Shown here: positions 32,612 to 42,028 of the stretch, in pieces
How the letters are laid out: each line of letters begins with the position of its first letter
How positions within the stretch are numbered: the first letter of the stretch is position 1
Origin: an uncultured bacterium
Lineage (GTDB): Bacteria > Zixibacteria > MSB-5A5 > JAABVY01 > JAHJOQ01
DNA: 59,143 bases
Assembly: GCA_965369655.1 (NCBI GenBank)
Contig: CBDUQR010000015.1
Coordinates: 1-59,143, forward strand
Reading direction: 5' to 3'
Position numbers and translations under genes: made by a program
The notes under the pieces: generated by a model
Seen by the model: the letters and a program-made list of their open reading frames with translations, nothing else
Database searches by the model: none
Told to the model about the DNA's origin: nothing

Positions 32612-33025
32612 CACAGGAGGACAGTCTGAAACGGAGTTCATTGCGCTTCGGCGCTGCATCTTCGCACTTACATCACAGTGCGCGATTGCTGATAGAATGA
32701 TAGACTGATCACTGTTACTTGCCAAACAGTGTCGGTGAAACGAGACAGGCGAAGATGTATACGTGTTGTACCCGTTACGGCGGTTCTTGCGTCCGCCGAA
32801 GGCGGGTGTGTGAACTGCGGAAAATGGAAAAATCGCCAGGTCACATTGATGACTCCGTCATCGCCAAGACCCGTCGAAACTGACTAAGAATGGTGATAGA
32901 ATCCGAATATGTCTGTGGGCGGCAGACGTCCTCGCAAGTCCTGAGCTTCGAAGGGTCTGCCCCATCCAGCGTTGACATCGGCAGATGTGGACACAAGTCC
33001 TGAGCTTCGAAGGATCTGCCGGGCA
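32612..33025 (+). ncRNA. putative structured non-coding RNA or long 5' leader
   Basis: TTGACA at 32579; nested long-range helices, a UUCG hairpin and two tandem homologous hairpins; no credible ORF. Confidence 0.4.
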
Positions 33026-33051
33026 CAATGAAAAGTACGAGGAGGTACACG

Positions 33052-33849
33052 ATGAAGCGCATTTTCTACGCAACACTAACTCTGTCGCTCTGGATGCTCT
33101 GCGGGCTGTTCAGCGCGGCTCAAGCCGGTGACTACGTTCGAATTGGAACTGACTCAATTCCAGCAGGAACTGTGGGTTATGAACTGGAATTCTTCTGGGA
33201 ACGCACATGCCCAGTTCCAGATAAGATCATGAGCCTTAGCAACGGTTTCGCGTTCAGCACTGAGGGAGAGGCATCCTTTACCTTTGTCAATATTATCCCG
33301 TTCCCTGAGCATGGGTCTTGGTTTAATCTTTTTGGTCTGATGTTTACTAATTATCTTCCGGATTGGATTCTCGTAGGTGGTGCCGCAATGCCTGGTGGAG
33401 GTGTGCCTGTCTTCACTGAACGAGACTATTTCACTCTTGTGCTTGACATCGGTAGTGGCGAAGGCCAAATCTGCATCGATTCGGCGTTTGTCGGTGTAGC
33501 TGGTGTGTGGAAGTGGAACAATATGACCTGCGGCCAGGGTGGAGCTCCAGATCGACCACTTTTCCTGGCGGCTGACTCCAGTGACTCTCAACATCCGATT
33601 TGCATAACTGTGTATAAGCCATGGATATGCGGTGATGCTGATGCCAGCGGCGCAGTTGATATTGATGATGTTGTGTACCTCATCAACTACATCTTCGCCG
33701 GCGGTCCAGCACCTGTTCCACTTGCATCGGGTGATGCAGACTGCGCGGGTGGGATAGACATAGATGATGTAGTCTACCTCATCAACTACATCTTCGCGGG
33801 TGGCCCCGCACCATGCGACCCTGATGGAGACGGAGTGCCGGATTGTTGA
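33052..33849 (+). CDS. secreted protein with C-terminal dockerin (N-terminal domain possibly cohesin-like)
   Basis: GGAGG RBS; signal peptide; two DAD.(S/A)[20 protein letters not shown] repeats. Confidence 0.85.
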   Translation: MKRIFYATLTLSLWMLCGLFSAAQAGDYVRIGTDSIPAGTVGYELEFFWERTCPVPDKIMSLSNGFAFSTEGEASFTFVNIIPFPEHGSWFNLFGLMFTNYLPDWILVGGAAMPGGGVPVFTERDYFTLVLDIGSGEGQICIDSAFVGVAGVWKWNNMTCGQGGAPDRPLFLAADSSDSQHPICITVYKPWICGDADASGAVDIDDVVYLINYIFAGGPAPVPLASGDADCAGGIDIDDVVYLINYIFAGGPAPCDPDGDGVPDC

Positions 33850-33868
33850 TGATTTCAGATAATCTCAA

Positions 33869-33919
33869 CGAGGTGTTGGGTCTTGATTGCATGTACGTGC
33901 AATTGAGCCCGACGCCTCG
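33869..33919. terminator. long hairpin (terminator or REP-like)
   Basis: CGAGGTGTTGGGTCTTGATTGCA...TGCAATTGAGCCCGACGCCTCG. Confidence 0.55.
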
Positions 33920-34093
33920 CTTTCCCAGCAATGCAGAACATTGTGAGCACACAGGATTCTTGACTGCTGACGTTATCTATCTGTGGCATAGCTTGTCACG
34001 GATTCATTACGGCTATTGACAAAACCGCCATTCCATTCTAAGTTGCAATTGACGGCGCTGAAATGCCGACTTGTGATAACATGGAGATAGTAT

Positions 34094-35188
34094 ATGTGGA
34101 ATCGAATCTTGTTAGCAATCGCCTCGATATTGACATTGGCGATCATCGTAGCATCATGCGGCAGTGATGATAACCCTGTCATACACGAAGATCCGCCTGA
34201 GTCTCCTGTCGGGGTGATGGGACTGCCGGTCGATCTCGACAGCATGCCTGCTCCCGGTCCGATGACCCTGCTCTGGCTCAATGGCGACGGCTCCGAGGTT
34301 GACGGTTACAATATCTACAGGAGAATCAACAAGACCAATTTCGTGAAGATAAACGATGATATGATTGTCAGGTCAGGAATCGGTCCCGGGTCTCCAAAGC
34401 CGCAAGCGCTCGCTTTCGTCGACACGGGCTATGTGAATTCATCATCAGAGATTTACACATACGGCATCACCGCAGTCAGGAATGGCCGTGAGAGCGTCCG
34501 CTCGGAAGATATCTCCGGTGTCCCCGCATTGTTCAACCAGGAGACTGTCACCGGACTGACGCCGGACAATGAGATCGATGTGCCGCTTACACCGGCGATG
34601 AGTTGGGACCTGATCGATGGAGCGAATTCATACAGCCTGATCCTGTGGGGGGATTCAGGCGATTCACCCATAGTGCTGTGGCTCAGAATTGACGGGGAGT
34701 CATATACACTCGGTGATCCGGTCGATCAGACCTACGTAATCACTATAGCAGATCAACTCCCGATTGAAACGCAATTCAACTGGATGCTAGCCGCTGTCGA
34801 CAGTTCTAATTTCGCATACGCTGCCGGAAGCTCCATGTTCACTACAACCGATCCTTTGGTCGTGGCGAGACTGATAGAAACTATCGAAGAACCAGGCCGA
34901 TACAGACTCTGCTGGGATCAGATTAACAAGGATAGCGCGATTGTTCCACTTGGAAATTACAGTGTCAGGATATCGGCAGGTGATTTCGAGGATAGCGCAG
35001 ACTTCATCATCTCCACCTCGGCAGTTCCAATTTACGCGGGGGATTGTTCTCATGTAATCGGAGGAGGTGTCGATCCGGCAACCTACCAGCTCTCTATCAA
35101 CGGAACCGAATATGCCCCAGGCGATACTGTAGTAGTCCAATACTGGCTGCCAGCTACTTCAGAGGTGCGGGTCAATATCTACCGATAG
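34094..35188 (+). CDS. lipoprotein with FN3-like domains and FlgD-Ig-like C-terminus
   Basis: Lipobox IVASC; GYNIYR...Y.ITAV..GRES; TTGACA-N17-TAAGTT at 34016-34044. Confidence 0.78.
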   Translation: MWNRILLAIASILTLAIIVASCGSDDNPVIHEDPPESPVGVMGLPVDLDSMPAPGPMTLLWLNGDGSEVDGYNIYRRINKTNFVKINDDMIVRSGIGPGSPKPQALAFVDTGYVNSSSEIYTYGITAVRNGRESVRSEDISGVPALFNQETVTGLTPDNEIDVPLTPAMSWDLIDGANSYSLILWGDSGDSPIVLWLRIDGESYTLGDPVDQTYVITIADQLPIETQFNWMLAAVDSSNFAYAAGSSMFTTTDPLVVARLIETIEEPGRYRLCWDQINKDSAIVPLGNYSVRISAGDFEDSADFIISTSAVPIYAGDCSHVIGGGVDPATYQLSINGTEYAPGDTVVVQYWLPATSEVRVNIYR

Positions 35189-35355
35189 TTGCCTGATCGA
35201 TAGACAACCTAACAGTGCAAGATAGTAGGCATTGAATTGCACTTTTTGTGAACAGCGCATAAGTACGCTGAGTGAACTCCTTCCGATCTCATAGCAAGAC
35301 TTCTCCGGAAATCACAGCCATAAGCTATCAACGTAAGGTACCCCGCGCATCAGGC

Positions 35356-35454
35356 TGTCACACAATGACTTACAAGGCCCATTTTAGAACCATCTGAAGT
35401 GACTGGCAGAGCATAGCTTTATCCGGTCGGCGGCAGTACGGCACGGTCCTTGCT
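35356..35454 (+). promoter_or_regulatory. sigma54 promoter with candidate upstream enhancer
   Basis: CGGCACGGTCCTTGCT (GG-N10-GC) at 35439-35454; TGT-N13-ACA ending CTTACA at 35356-35374. Confidence 0.6.
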
Positions 35455-35523
35455 GTTATAGTCATCGCAGTACAGATGCTATTGCACTGAAAAACGAATG
35501 CTCTCAATATACTGGAGTCTGAC

Positions 35524-36177
35524 ATGACAAAAACAATTCTTATCGTAATCATCACAGCGATGATAACGGTTCCTGCCGCATTCGCCATGCCGTCTTACAG
35601 TGGATCGCTTTCGACTCCTGTCAGCGTGCACGGTACCGGCATCTGGGCTGACAATTTCGCGATTGCGTGGCAGATATCTCAGATGGATGATCTGTCCTGG
35701 TACTACAATTACTACATCACTGAAGTCGATGGATCGCCTCTCGATCCTGGCGCCCTGAGTCATTGGATTGTCGAGGTTTCGCCCGGCACTACGCTGGACG
35801 ATTTCTGGGACTTCAACGGACAGCCCATTGAGATTGGCGACAATTGGGAGACTGAAGCCGGTTTCACGTTTGAGGGCAGAGGAATGAAACTCGACTACGG
35901 CGGTGAAGGGCAGATCGAATGGTCGTTCTACTCGTGGCGCAATCCCGTATGGGGCGACTTCTTCGCGAAAGACGGACAAGCAGGCGGAGAAGGACTCAAC
36001 ACAGCCTGGAATGCGGGATTCTTCGATAATGATCCTCTCGATCCCGCCGCTGATGGTTCCATTGGTTACAAGATCCTCCGCCCCGATACCGAAACAATGA
36101 TTCCGGAACCGACAACAATCGGTTTGCTCGGACTCGGACTCGTTGGCCTCGGAACGAGACTCAGGAAAAGACGATAA
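35524..36177 (+). CDS. PEP-CTERM sorting-domain protein
   Basis: Signal peptide; C-terminal IPEPTTIGLLGLGLVGLGTRLRKRR. Confidence 0.92.
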   Translation: MTKTILIVIITAMITVPAAFAMPSYSGSLSTPVSVHGTGIWADNFAIAWQISQMDDLSWYYNYYITEVDGSPLDPGALSHWIVEVSPGTTLDDFWDFNGQPIEIGDNWETEAGFTFEGRGMKLDYGGEGQIEWSFYSWRNPVWGDFFAKDGQAGGEGLNTAWNAGFFDNDPLDPAADGSIGYKILRPDTETMIPEPTTIGLLGLGLVGLGTRLRKRR

Positions 36178-36201
36178 GAATCAGCAGATAGAATTCGTCA
36201 G

Positions 36202-36232
36202 GAAGGCGCCCTCAATTCGAGTCGGCGCCTTC
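36202..36232 (+). terminator. intrinsic terminator candidate
   Basis: GAAGGCGCC...GGCGCCTTC followed by TTC. Confidence 0.5.
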
Positions 36233-36304
36233 TTCATTGCTCACGATGTGGTGCATCGATCTACCGCAAACAGTAAGGACCCTTAGAGAGGGTCCTTGAA
36301 AATT

Positions 36305-36380
36305 TGGTGGAGCAGAGCGGGCTCGAACCGCCGGCCTGCACGTTGCGAACGTGCCGCTCTCCCAGCTGAGCTACTGCCCC
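36305..36380 (-). tRNA. tRNA-Ala(CGC)
   Basis: GGGGCAG...TGCTCCACCA, anticodon arm GCACG-ttcgcaa-CGTGC, encoded CCA; downstream hairpin at 36275-36297. Confidence 0.96.
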
Positions 36381-36467
36381 ACGTGCCTGGCGCGCCGCTA
36401 TTATACGCCATAGGGCTGGCAGTTTCAACACAATTATAGCTGTTCGCGTTCCAATGTGCCGCCGAGT

Positions 36468-36878
36468 CTACACCCTGAACCGTGGGTTGCCGAAATTGGC
36501 TTCTGACAGTGTCTTGGACAGGCTGGCCTGGACCTTGTCCCAGAACGGTTTCATGCCGCAATTGGGGAACTGGCTGCAACCGCAGTCGTTATTCTCGCCC
36601 GCACACAGGTTCACCTTCAGCGGTCCTTCCATCGCCTCAATCACATTCAGGAACGAAATCGATTCGCGCGGCCGGACAAGTTGATAACCGCCGGTCACAC
36701 CCTGGAAAGACTTCAGGATTCCAGCGCGCGTAAGTTCTTTGAGAATCTTCGCAAGGAAATCTCTGGGAATGTTCTCAGATTCGGCAATCTCCGAAATCGA
36801 ACTTTTCTTCTCCGGCTTCTGACCGGAAATGAACACCAATGCCCGGAGTGCGTAGTCAGACTTGCGTGAAATGTGCAT
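36468..36878 (-). CDS. Rrf2-family transcriptional regulator (probably Fe-S binding)
   Basis: DYALRAL, IAE..NIP..FLAKIL, S.QGVTGGY, C-terminal Cys cluster. Confidence 0.92.
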   Translation of the reverse strand: MHISRKSDYALRALVFISGQKPEKKSSISEIAESENIPRDFLAKILKELTRAGILKSFQGVTGGYQLVRPRESISFLNVIEAMEGPLKVNLCAGENNDCGCSQFPNCGMKPFWDKVQASLSKTLSEANFGNPRFRV

Positions 36879-37124
36879 TGCTTCTCTCGTATGTAACTTT
36901 ATGTTTCGATACTATCTATTACCAGATTCAGCGGGTGATCGACAATCACCACAATAAGCATGCATTTAGTTTATGCTTTTCTGGCGCAAAATCAAGCGAA
37001 ATATCCCAATCTGGAACTACATTTATTATTTTAGAACGGTGAGTGCCGGAAAAAGTTTCATAAGTGCGGACAAGACTTGTGCGTAATTCGCTGAATTAAA
37101 GCATAGCTAAGAATGAGAGCCGCC

Positions 37125-37664
37125 TTATGCCTGAGGGACGCAGTCAGGTATCCTGTTGTGAAGAAGCGATTGCAGATACTTGTCGAGACTCGATGAGTAA
37201 CCGGAACGGCGCTCGATAATCTTGCCCCTCTCGTCAATAATCACCAGCGTCGGTATCGCCCTCACGCCGAACCGTGTACCGATCTGCCGCTGCTGATCGA
37301 GCACTATCGTATATGGCATCGGGTATTTTTCGAGGAAATTCTCGACCTTCGCGCGGGATTCTCCAAGGTTGACAGCGATGATTTCGAGACAGTCATCATC
37401 TATCAGCCCCTCATAGAAGCGACGCAGGACTGGCATTTGCATCCTGCATGGGCCGCACCATGACGCCCAGAAATCGAGGATGACGATCTTGTCACTATAC
37501 TCGCCCAAGTCGAAATCCGTCCAGTCGACAATCTCAGCCGCGACGCCTCCGTCTGTGCGATAGTATTCAGGGTCGGTGTCCGAGCCGCCGGTCTTCGCAA
37601 CCAGGTACCAGCCTAACAACAGCAGGAGTAGAACGGCGAGTATTATTATCGTTAGAGTCTTCAT
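37125..37664 (-). CDS. TlpA/ResA thiol-disulfide oxidoreductase
   Basis: N-terminal TM, LDFWASWCGPC, GVRAIPT. Confidence 0.9.
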   Translation of the reverse strand: MKTLTIIILAVLLLLLLGWYLVAKTGGSDTDPEYYRTDGGVAAEIVDWTDFDLGEYSDKIVILDFWASWCGPCRMQMPVLRRFYEGLIDDDCLEIIAVNLGESRAKVENFLEKYPMPYTIVLDQQRQIGTRFGVRAIPTLVIIDERGKIIERRSGYSSSLDKYLQSLLHNRIPDCVPQA

Positions 37665-37781
37665 ATCAGTATCCAGTTCTCAACTCTATAATGAACCGTA
37701 AAATTACATACATTGGTTCCCTTGCGCAAGGAGAGTTTCTCACAGTTTTTCGCATATATTGTCACAGGGGCGATTGGATAC

Positions 37782-38633
37782 TCACTTCAGGGACAACTCT
37801 TCACCGCTCGATACTGTAATATCCTTGTAGTCGTTCGAGGCAAACTCGTTCAGGACGATTATCGCGATCCGTCGGTTGGAGGGGTTTGTCGGATCGTCAG
37901 CAAACCTCGGCTGGTTCGCAGCGAATCCCCTGATCTCCTTGATCTTGGCCTCTCTGACACCTGATGCAAGCATTACGCGTCGGGCAGTGTTGGCTCGATC
38001 AGCCGACAGCTCCCAGTTGGTATACTCTGCGCCATCATTGAACTTCTGGCTGTCTGTGTGACCTTCGACCACAACACTATTGTCCAGTTTCGCTACTTCG
38101 GCAGAGATCGCAGCCAGTATATTCCTGCCATCAATACTCATGTCTGCCGACCCGCTGTTGAAGAACGAGGACTTGTCAGATGCTTCAATCAACTGGATTC
38201 TGAGTCCATCACGCGTAAGCTCAATATTGATCTGTTCTTTGAACTGCTGGAAGCTTTCCATCCGTTCAAGTTTCTTGCTGATGGCCTTGCCGACATTCTT
38301 GAGACTCTCCCACGCTTCGGCCTCTCGCTGCTCGCGGGTCAGATTCTTCTTAAGAGCTCTGCCTGTCTCCGGTTCGAAAGGACCACTTCCTCCCGGAAGC
38401 ACGCCCTGATTTCCACCCTTCGCGAAACCGACGGGATCTCTGAAATATCCGGCCACAGCCTCCTTGATTTCATCGCTCATACCGACAATCCACATCACGA
38501 GGAACAACGCCATCATCGCTGTGACGAAGTCAGCATACGCCACCTTCCACGCACCGCCGTGATGGCCAGCATGACTGCGTTTCTTCTTCTTGATTATTAT
38601 CGGTTGCTGAGTATCGTTTGAATCTTCAACCAT
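37782..38633 (-). CDS. motB: flagellar stator protein MotB
   Basis: HHGGAWKVAYADFVTAMMALF; OmpA-like EGHTD, NWELSADRA, NRRI. Confidence 0.95.
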   Translation of the reverse strand: MVEDSNDTQQPIIIKKKKRSHAGHHGGAWKVAYADFVTAMMALFLVMWIVGMSDEIKEAVAGYFRDPVGFAKGGNQGVLPGGSGPFEPETGRALKKNLTREQREAEAWESLKNVGKAISKKLERMESFQQFKEQINIELTRDGLRIQLIEASDKSSFFNSGSADMSIDGRNILAAISAEVAKLDNSVVVEGHTDSQKFNDGAEYTNWELSADRANTARRVMLASGVREAKIKEIRGFAANQPRFADDPTNPSNRRIAIIVLNEFASNDYKDITVSSGEELSLK

Positions 38634-38645
38634 GATCGCATACCA

Positions 38646-39509
38646 TTATGAGGCACCTTTCTTTGCCTCTCGGCAGGCATCCTCCACTTCAAAGAACGTT
38701 GGACGAACTTCCGGGGAGATACTCCTGCGGGCAAACTCCGCGACGAACGACGGGACGTATCCACGGTTAAATCCCAACAGCCCCTGCTTCAGGCAGATAT
38801 AATACCCGAGAGCTTCGACATTCTTCTGTTCGAGATTCATGGCTGTAGGCTGGATGAAACCATAGCAAGCGAGGATACCAAGGAATGTTCCTACGAGAGC
38901 GGTACCGACCATGCGACCGATCTCTTCAGGAGGACCATCGATGTGCCCCATAGTAATCACCACACCCAGCACACAGGCCACGATTCCGAATCCCGGCATA
39001 GAATCACCGACTTTGGAGAGGATTCCCGTCGGTCGTTCCTCTTCGCCATGATGTGACTCAAGGTCAAGATCCATGATCTCGTCGAGTTCGTGCCCCGGCA
39101 CGGCGCCGGTCGTGATGCTTCTAACAGTGTCGCAGAAAAACGCCACCGCGAAGTGATCGTTGATGAACTGCTTATACTTTGAAAGAATTTCGCTCTCGTG
39201 CGGCTTTTCGATGTGCGATTCCAACGCAATTACGCCATCTCGCCTGGCGATATTGAATAGCTCATACATCATGACGAGCAAATCGATGTAGTCCTTTTTC
39301 GTCGGCCCCGATTTAGTCAGGCCCATAATCTGAGCAATCATCTTTTTGAAGGTTGACATCGGTGTTGAGATCAGGATCATCCCGAGCGCAGCGCCACCGA
39401 TCATGACGAATTCCGAGGCGTGGAGAAGTGCCATTGGATTCCCCCCGGCCATCATAAATCCCCCGAGCACAGCTCCAATGACAACGATAAATCCAACTAA
39501 CGCAAGCAT
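38646..39509 (-). CDS. motA: flagellar stator protein MotA
   Basis: ARRDG..ALE, PGFGIVACVLG, ALVGTFLGIL.YG, EFARR. Confidence 0.95.
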   Translation of the reverse strand: MLALVGFIVVIGAVLGGFMMAGGNPMALLHASEFVMIGGAALGMILISTPMSTFKKMIAQIMGLTKSGPTKKDYIDLLVMMYELFNIARRDGVIALESHIEKPHESEILSKYKQFINDHFAVAFFCDTVRSITTGAVPGHELDEIMDLDLESHHGEEERPTGILSKVGDSMPGFGIVACVLGVVITMGHIDGPPEEIGRMVGTALVGTFLGILACYGFIQPTAMNLEQKNVEALGYYICLKQGLLGFNRGYVPSFVAEFARRSISPEVRPTFFEVEDACREAKKGAS

Positions 39510-39552
39510 GCATTTATCTCCTCAGCGCGGGGCGATTCCCGCATTGTTAGTA

Positions 39553-39579
39553 TTGTCGTCAGGAGCCTGAGATTACTTA
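39553..39579 (-). promoter_or_regulatory. candidate sigma28 (FliA) promoter for motAB
   Basis: Minus strand TAAG-N15-GACGACAA versus consensus TAAA-N15-GCCGATAA. Confidence 0.55.
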
Positions 39580-39687
39580 ACCGGCTGCATAGAACGGTGT
39601 TGAAGCAGCATAGAATATATCTTGCACATCGACAGATGTTTCGCTGCGTGGAGAGATGAAGGTAGATTCAAAAAGGAACACCGGCAA

Positions 39688-40239
39688 TCACCTGGCTGCT
39701 TTTTTCGCCGAGGGCATGACGTGTGTTCCTGCTCTCACTGAGGTCTCGTAATCGAACGCAACAAAGGCTGGACATTCTTCATTGTGGCAGTGCGCGCAGT
39801 CGGATTGAACAGAGATCGCCAAACCCATCTGAATGGCGAGAGCATGATCCTTCATCACTCTCATTTTTCTGTACGCTGAACCGGGACCATGGCATGCCTC
39901 GCATCCGACATTATCGATCAGCGAACCATCATTCTTCGTGCCGGTGGAATGACACCGAGCGCAATTTGATTCGGCTTTCTGCGTTTCAGTGAGTACACTC
40001 ATCGCCCGCGCGTGAGTGGTAGACTGCCAAGACCTGTATATGTCGAGATGACACATGCGGCACTTTTTCGAGCCGACATAATGAAGAGCATCGGGAACAT
40101 TGACTGAATCGGAAGCGGCAACAACGGATGCAAAGAACGCATCGCGCCTCGAATCATTCGAGTCGCTCAAGGCAAGGGCGAAAAGTACCGCCGTGATTAC
40201 AAGGATTGCCGCCGATGTTATGCCAAATGCTTTGGACAT
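39688..40239 (-). CDS. tetraheme cytochrome c (c554-like)
   Basis: CRMCH, CARCH, CEACHGPGS and CAHCH; N-terminal signal/TM. Confidence 0.88.
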   Translation of the reverse strand: MSKAFGITSAAILVITAVLFALALSDSNDSRRDAFFASVVAASDSVNVPDALHYVGSKKCRMCHLDIYRSWQSTTHARAMSVLTETQKAESNCARCHSTGTKNDGSLIDNVGCEACHGPGSAYRKMRVMKDHALAIQMGLAISVQSDCAHCHNEECPAFVAFDYETSVRAGTHVMPSAKKAAR

Positions 40240-40347
40240 ACCCTGATTCCGATACTCGCGCTTAATTCCCGACGTCATTTCTCTGCAGAACAACTGTTCC
40301 GAACTCGCGGCAAATATACTTAGGGCGATACACCTGTCAACCCTAAA

Positions 40348-40546
40348 GAGGCTGTCCCATAAGTGCTAATGAACTTGAGCGGGAAGGTGACTCTGTCGCT
40401 CCCGCGAAGGCGGGAGCCTATTTAACGATAACGCATTCAATAGATTCCCGTGATATCCTGAGCACAGCGAAGGGCCTTCGCGGGAATGACCTCGCTTTCT
40501 TTCGCAAGCGTGACCACCAACCTTTTAGACCTTTTGGGACAACCTC
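40348..40546. mobile_element. MITE (family B) with 4-bp target-site duplication
   Basis: TAAA|GAGGCTGTCCCATAAG ... CTTTTGGGACAACCTC|TAAA; interior carries CCCGCGAAGGCGGGA palindromes. Confidence 0.8.
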
Positions 40547-40630
40547 TAAACACTTTCCGACAAAGTCTTAGTGGGATTACAACAAGTTTTTGCTTGAAGG
40601 CTCGCGCCGCAAGGTGTATCATGTCGTAAC

Positions 40631-41890
40631 TTGAAACAACAGGAGAGCGCGGTTCTGGACAACTCCCTGATAACATCCCCCATCGGTATCCTGACAATCC
40701 TTGCGGGCGTCTGCGCACTCTTCTTCATGCTCGAAAAGAAAACCGGCTGGAAAATATTCAACTACTTCCCACCCCTTCTATTCATCTACCTTGTTCCGGT
40801 CGTGTTCTCGAACACCGGCCTGATGGCCAATGAATCACCTGTATACGGCTGGATGAGCGACGTTATTCTGCCAATGTTCCTGACAATCATGCTTCTCGAT
40901 GTCGATATACGGGCGGCCTCCCGTGTGATGGGCAAGGGCATATTCGTAATGTTGCTCGGTACTGCCGGAGTAATCATCGGCGCCCCGATAAGCTACTGGA
41001 TCGTCAAATCGGGGCTCGATCCGGAAGCATGGAAAGGGTTCGGCTCGCTGGCCGGAAGCTGGATCGGCGGCACGGGTAATATGGCTGCTGTGTCGGATGG
41101 TCTCGAAACATCCGGTAAGCATTTCGGGTTGGCCGTGCTCGCGGACAACTTCGTCTACATGCTCTGGTTGCCGCTGATGCTCGGCTCGAAGAATTTCGCA
41201 AAACGGTTCAACAAGTTCACCGGCGTAAGCGATGAGCGTGTCGAAGCCCTGAAGAAAGCCGCGAGCGAACTGACTCTCGACAAGGGCAAACCGGAGATGC
41301 GGCATTTCCTGTATCTGATATTCTTCGGGCTTGGGATAGCGTTTATCGGGACAGAAGCTGCGAAGCTGATTGTGACACTGGATATGCCGTCGGGGATTTC
41401 CTCTATCTTCCCGGCGAGCATCCAGCAGGAAGTTCGCAATGCCATAGCTCCGATGATGACTAAGGGCACGTACCGAATTCTGATCATCACCACGCTGGCG
41501 TTACTTCTCTCGTTCACGAGAGCGCGCACAATCCCCGGTTCGCATCCGCTCGCGATGGCGCTTGTGTATCTGTTCGTCGCGAACATGGGCGGCAAATCGT
41601 CGGTCACGGGACTTGCAGATCAAGCCCCTTGGTTCCTGGCGGGCGCATTTATCTGGATATTCATTCACGGTGGATTCTGCTTGCTCGGTGCGAAGATATT
41701 CAAAGTCGATGTCCACACGGTAGCCATAGCATCTGCTGCTAATATCGGCGGCGCGGCATCGGCGCCGATTGTCGCTGCATATCACAACGAAGCGCTCGTG
41801 CCGGTCTCGATCCTGATGGCGCTGATCGGTTACGCAGTCGGCAATTATGGCGCATTCGCAGCAGCATGGTTGTGCTATCTGGTGTCGTAA
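40631..41890 (+). CDS. DUF819-family membrane protein
   Basis: GSWIGGTGNM and ASAANIGG..SAP motifs; many TMs; start uncertain. Confidence 0.85.
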   Translation: MKQQESAVLDNSLITSPIGILTILAGVCALFFMLEKKTGWKIFNYFPPLLFIYLVPVVFSNTGLMANESPVYGWMSDVILPMFLTIMLLDVDIRAASRVMGKGIFVMLLGTAGVIIGAPISYWIVKSGLDPEAWKGFGSLAGSWIGGTGNMAAVSDGLETSGKHFGLAVLADNFVYMLWLPLMLGSKNFAKRFNKFTGVSDERVEALKKAASELTLDKGKPEMRHFLYLIFFGLGIAFIGTEAAKLIVTLDMPSGISSIFPASIQQEVRNAIAPMMTKGTYRILIITTLALLLSFTRARTIPGSHPLAMALVYLFVANMGGKSSVTGLADQAPWFLAGAFIWIFIHGGFCLLGAKIFKVDVHTVAIASAANIGGAASAPIVAAYHNEALVPVSILMALIGYAVGNYGAFAAAWLCYLVS

Positions 41891-42028
41891 TATCCTCCCG
41901 ACCGACTCATCCTTTCAAGTTTTCTCTTCTCACAACCGGCAGGATAGAGTACATTGCACTTGTAAGCACGAGATACAGCCGTCTAACGCAAGAATCAGGG
42001 ATCATGTCCCAGTTCTGGAGGTGATATC

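Noticed and set aside
32688-32745. Hammerhead ribozyme core (CTGA...GAAA)
   Set aside because: CTGATAG does not fit CUGANGA and the required three-stem junction could not be built.
37782-39509. Zorya ZorAB defence system
   Set aside because: Canonical MotA length with no long ZorA tail, canonical MotB motif, and no zorC/D/E.
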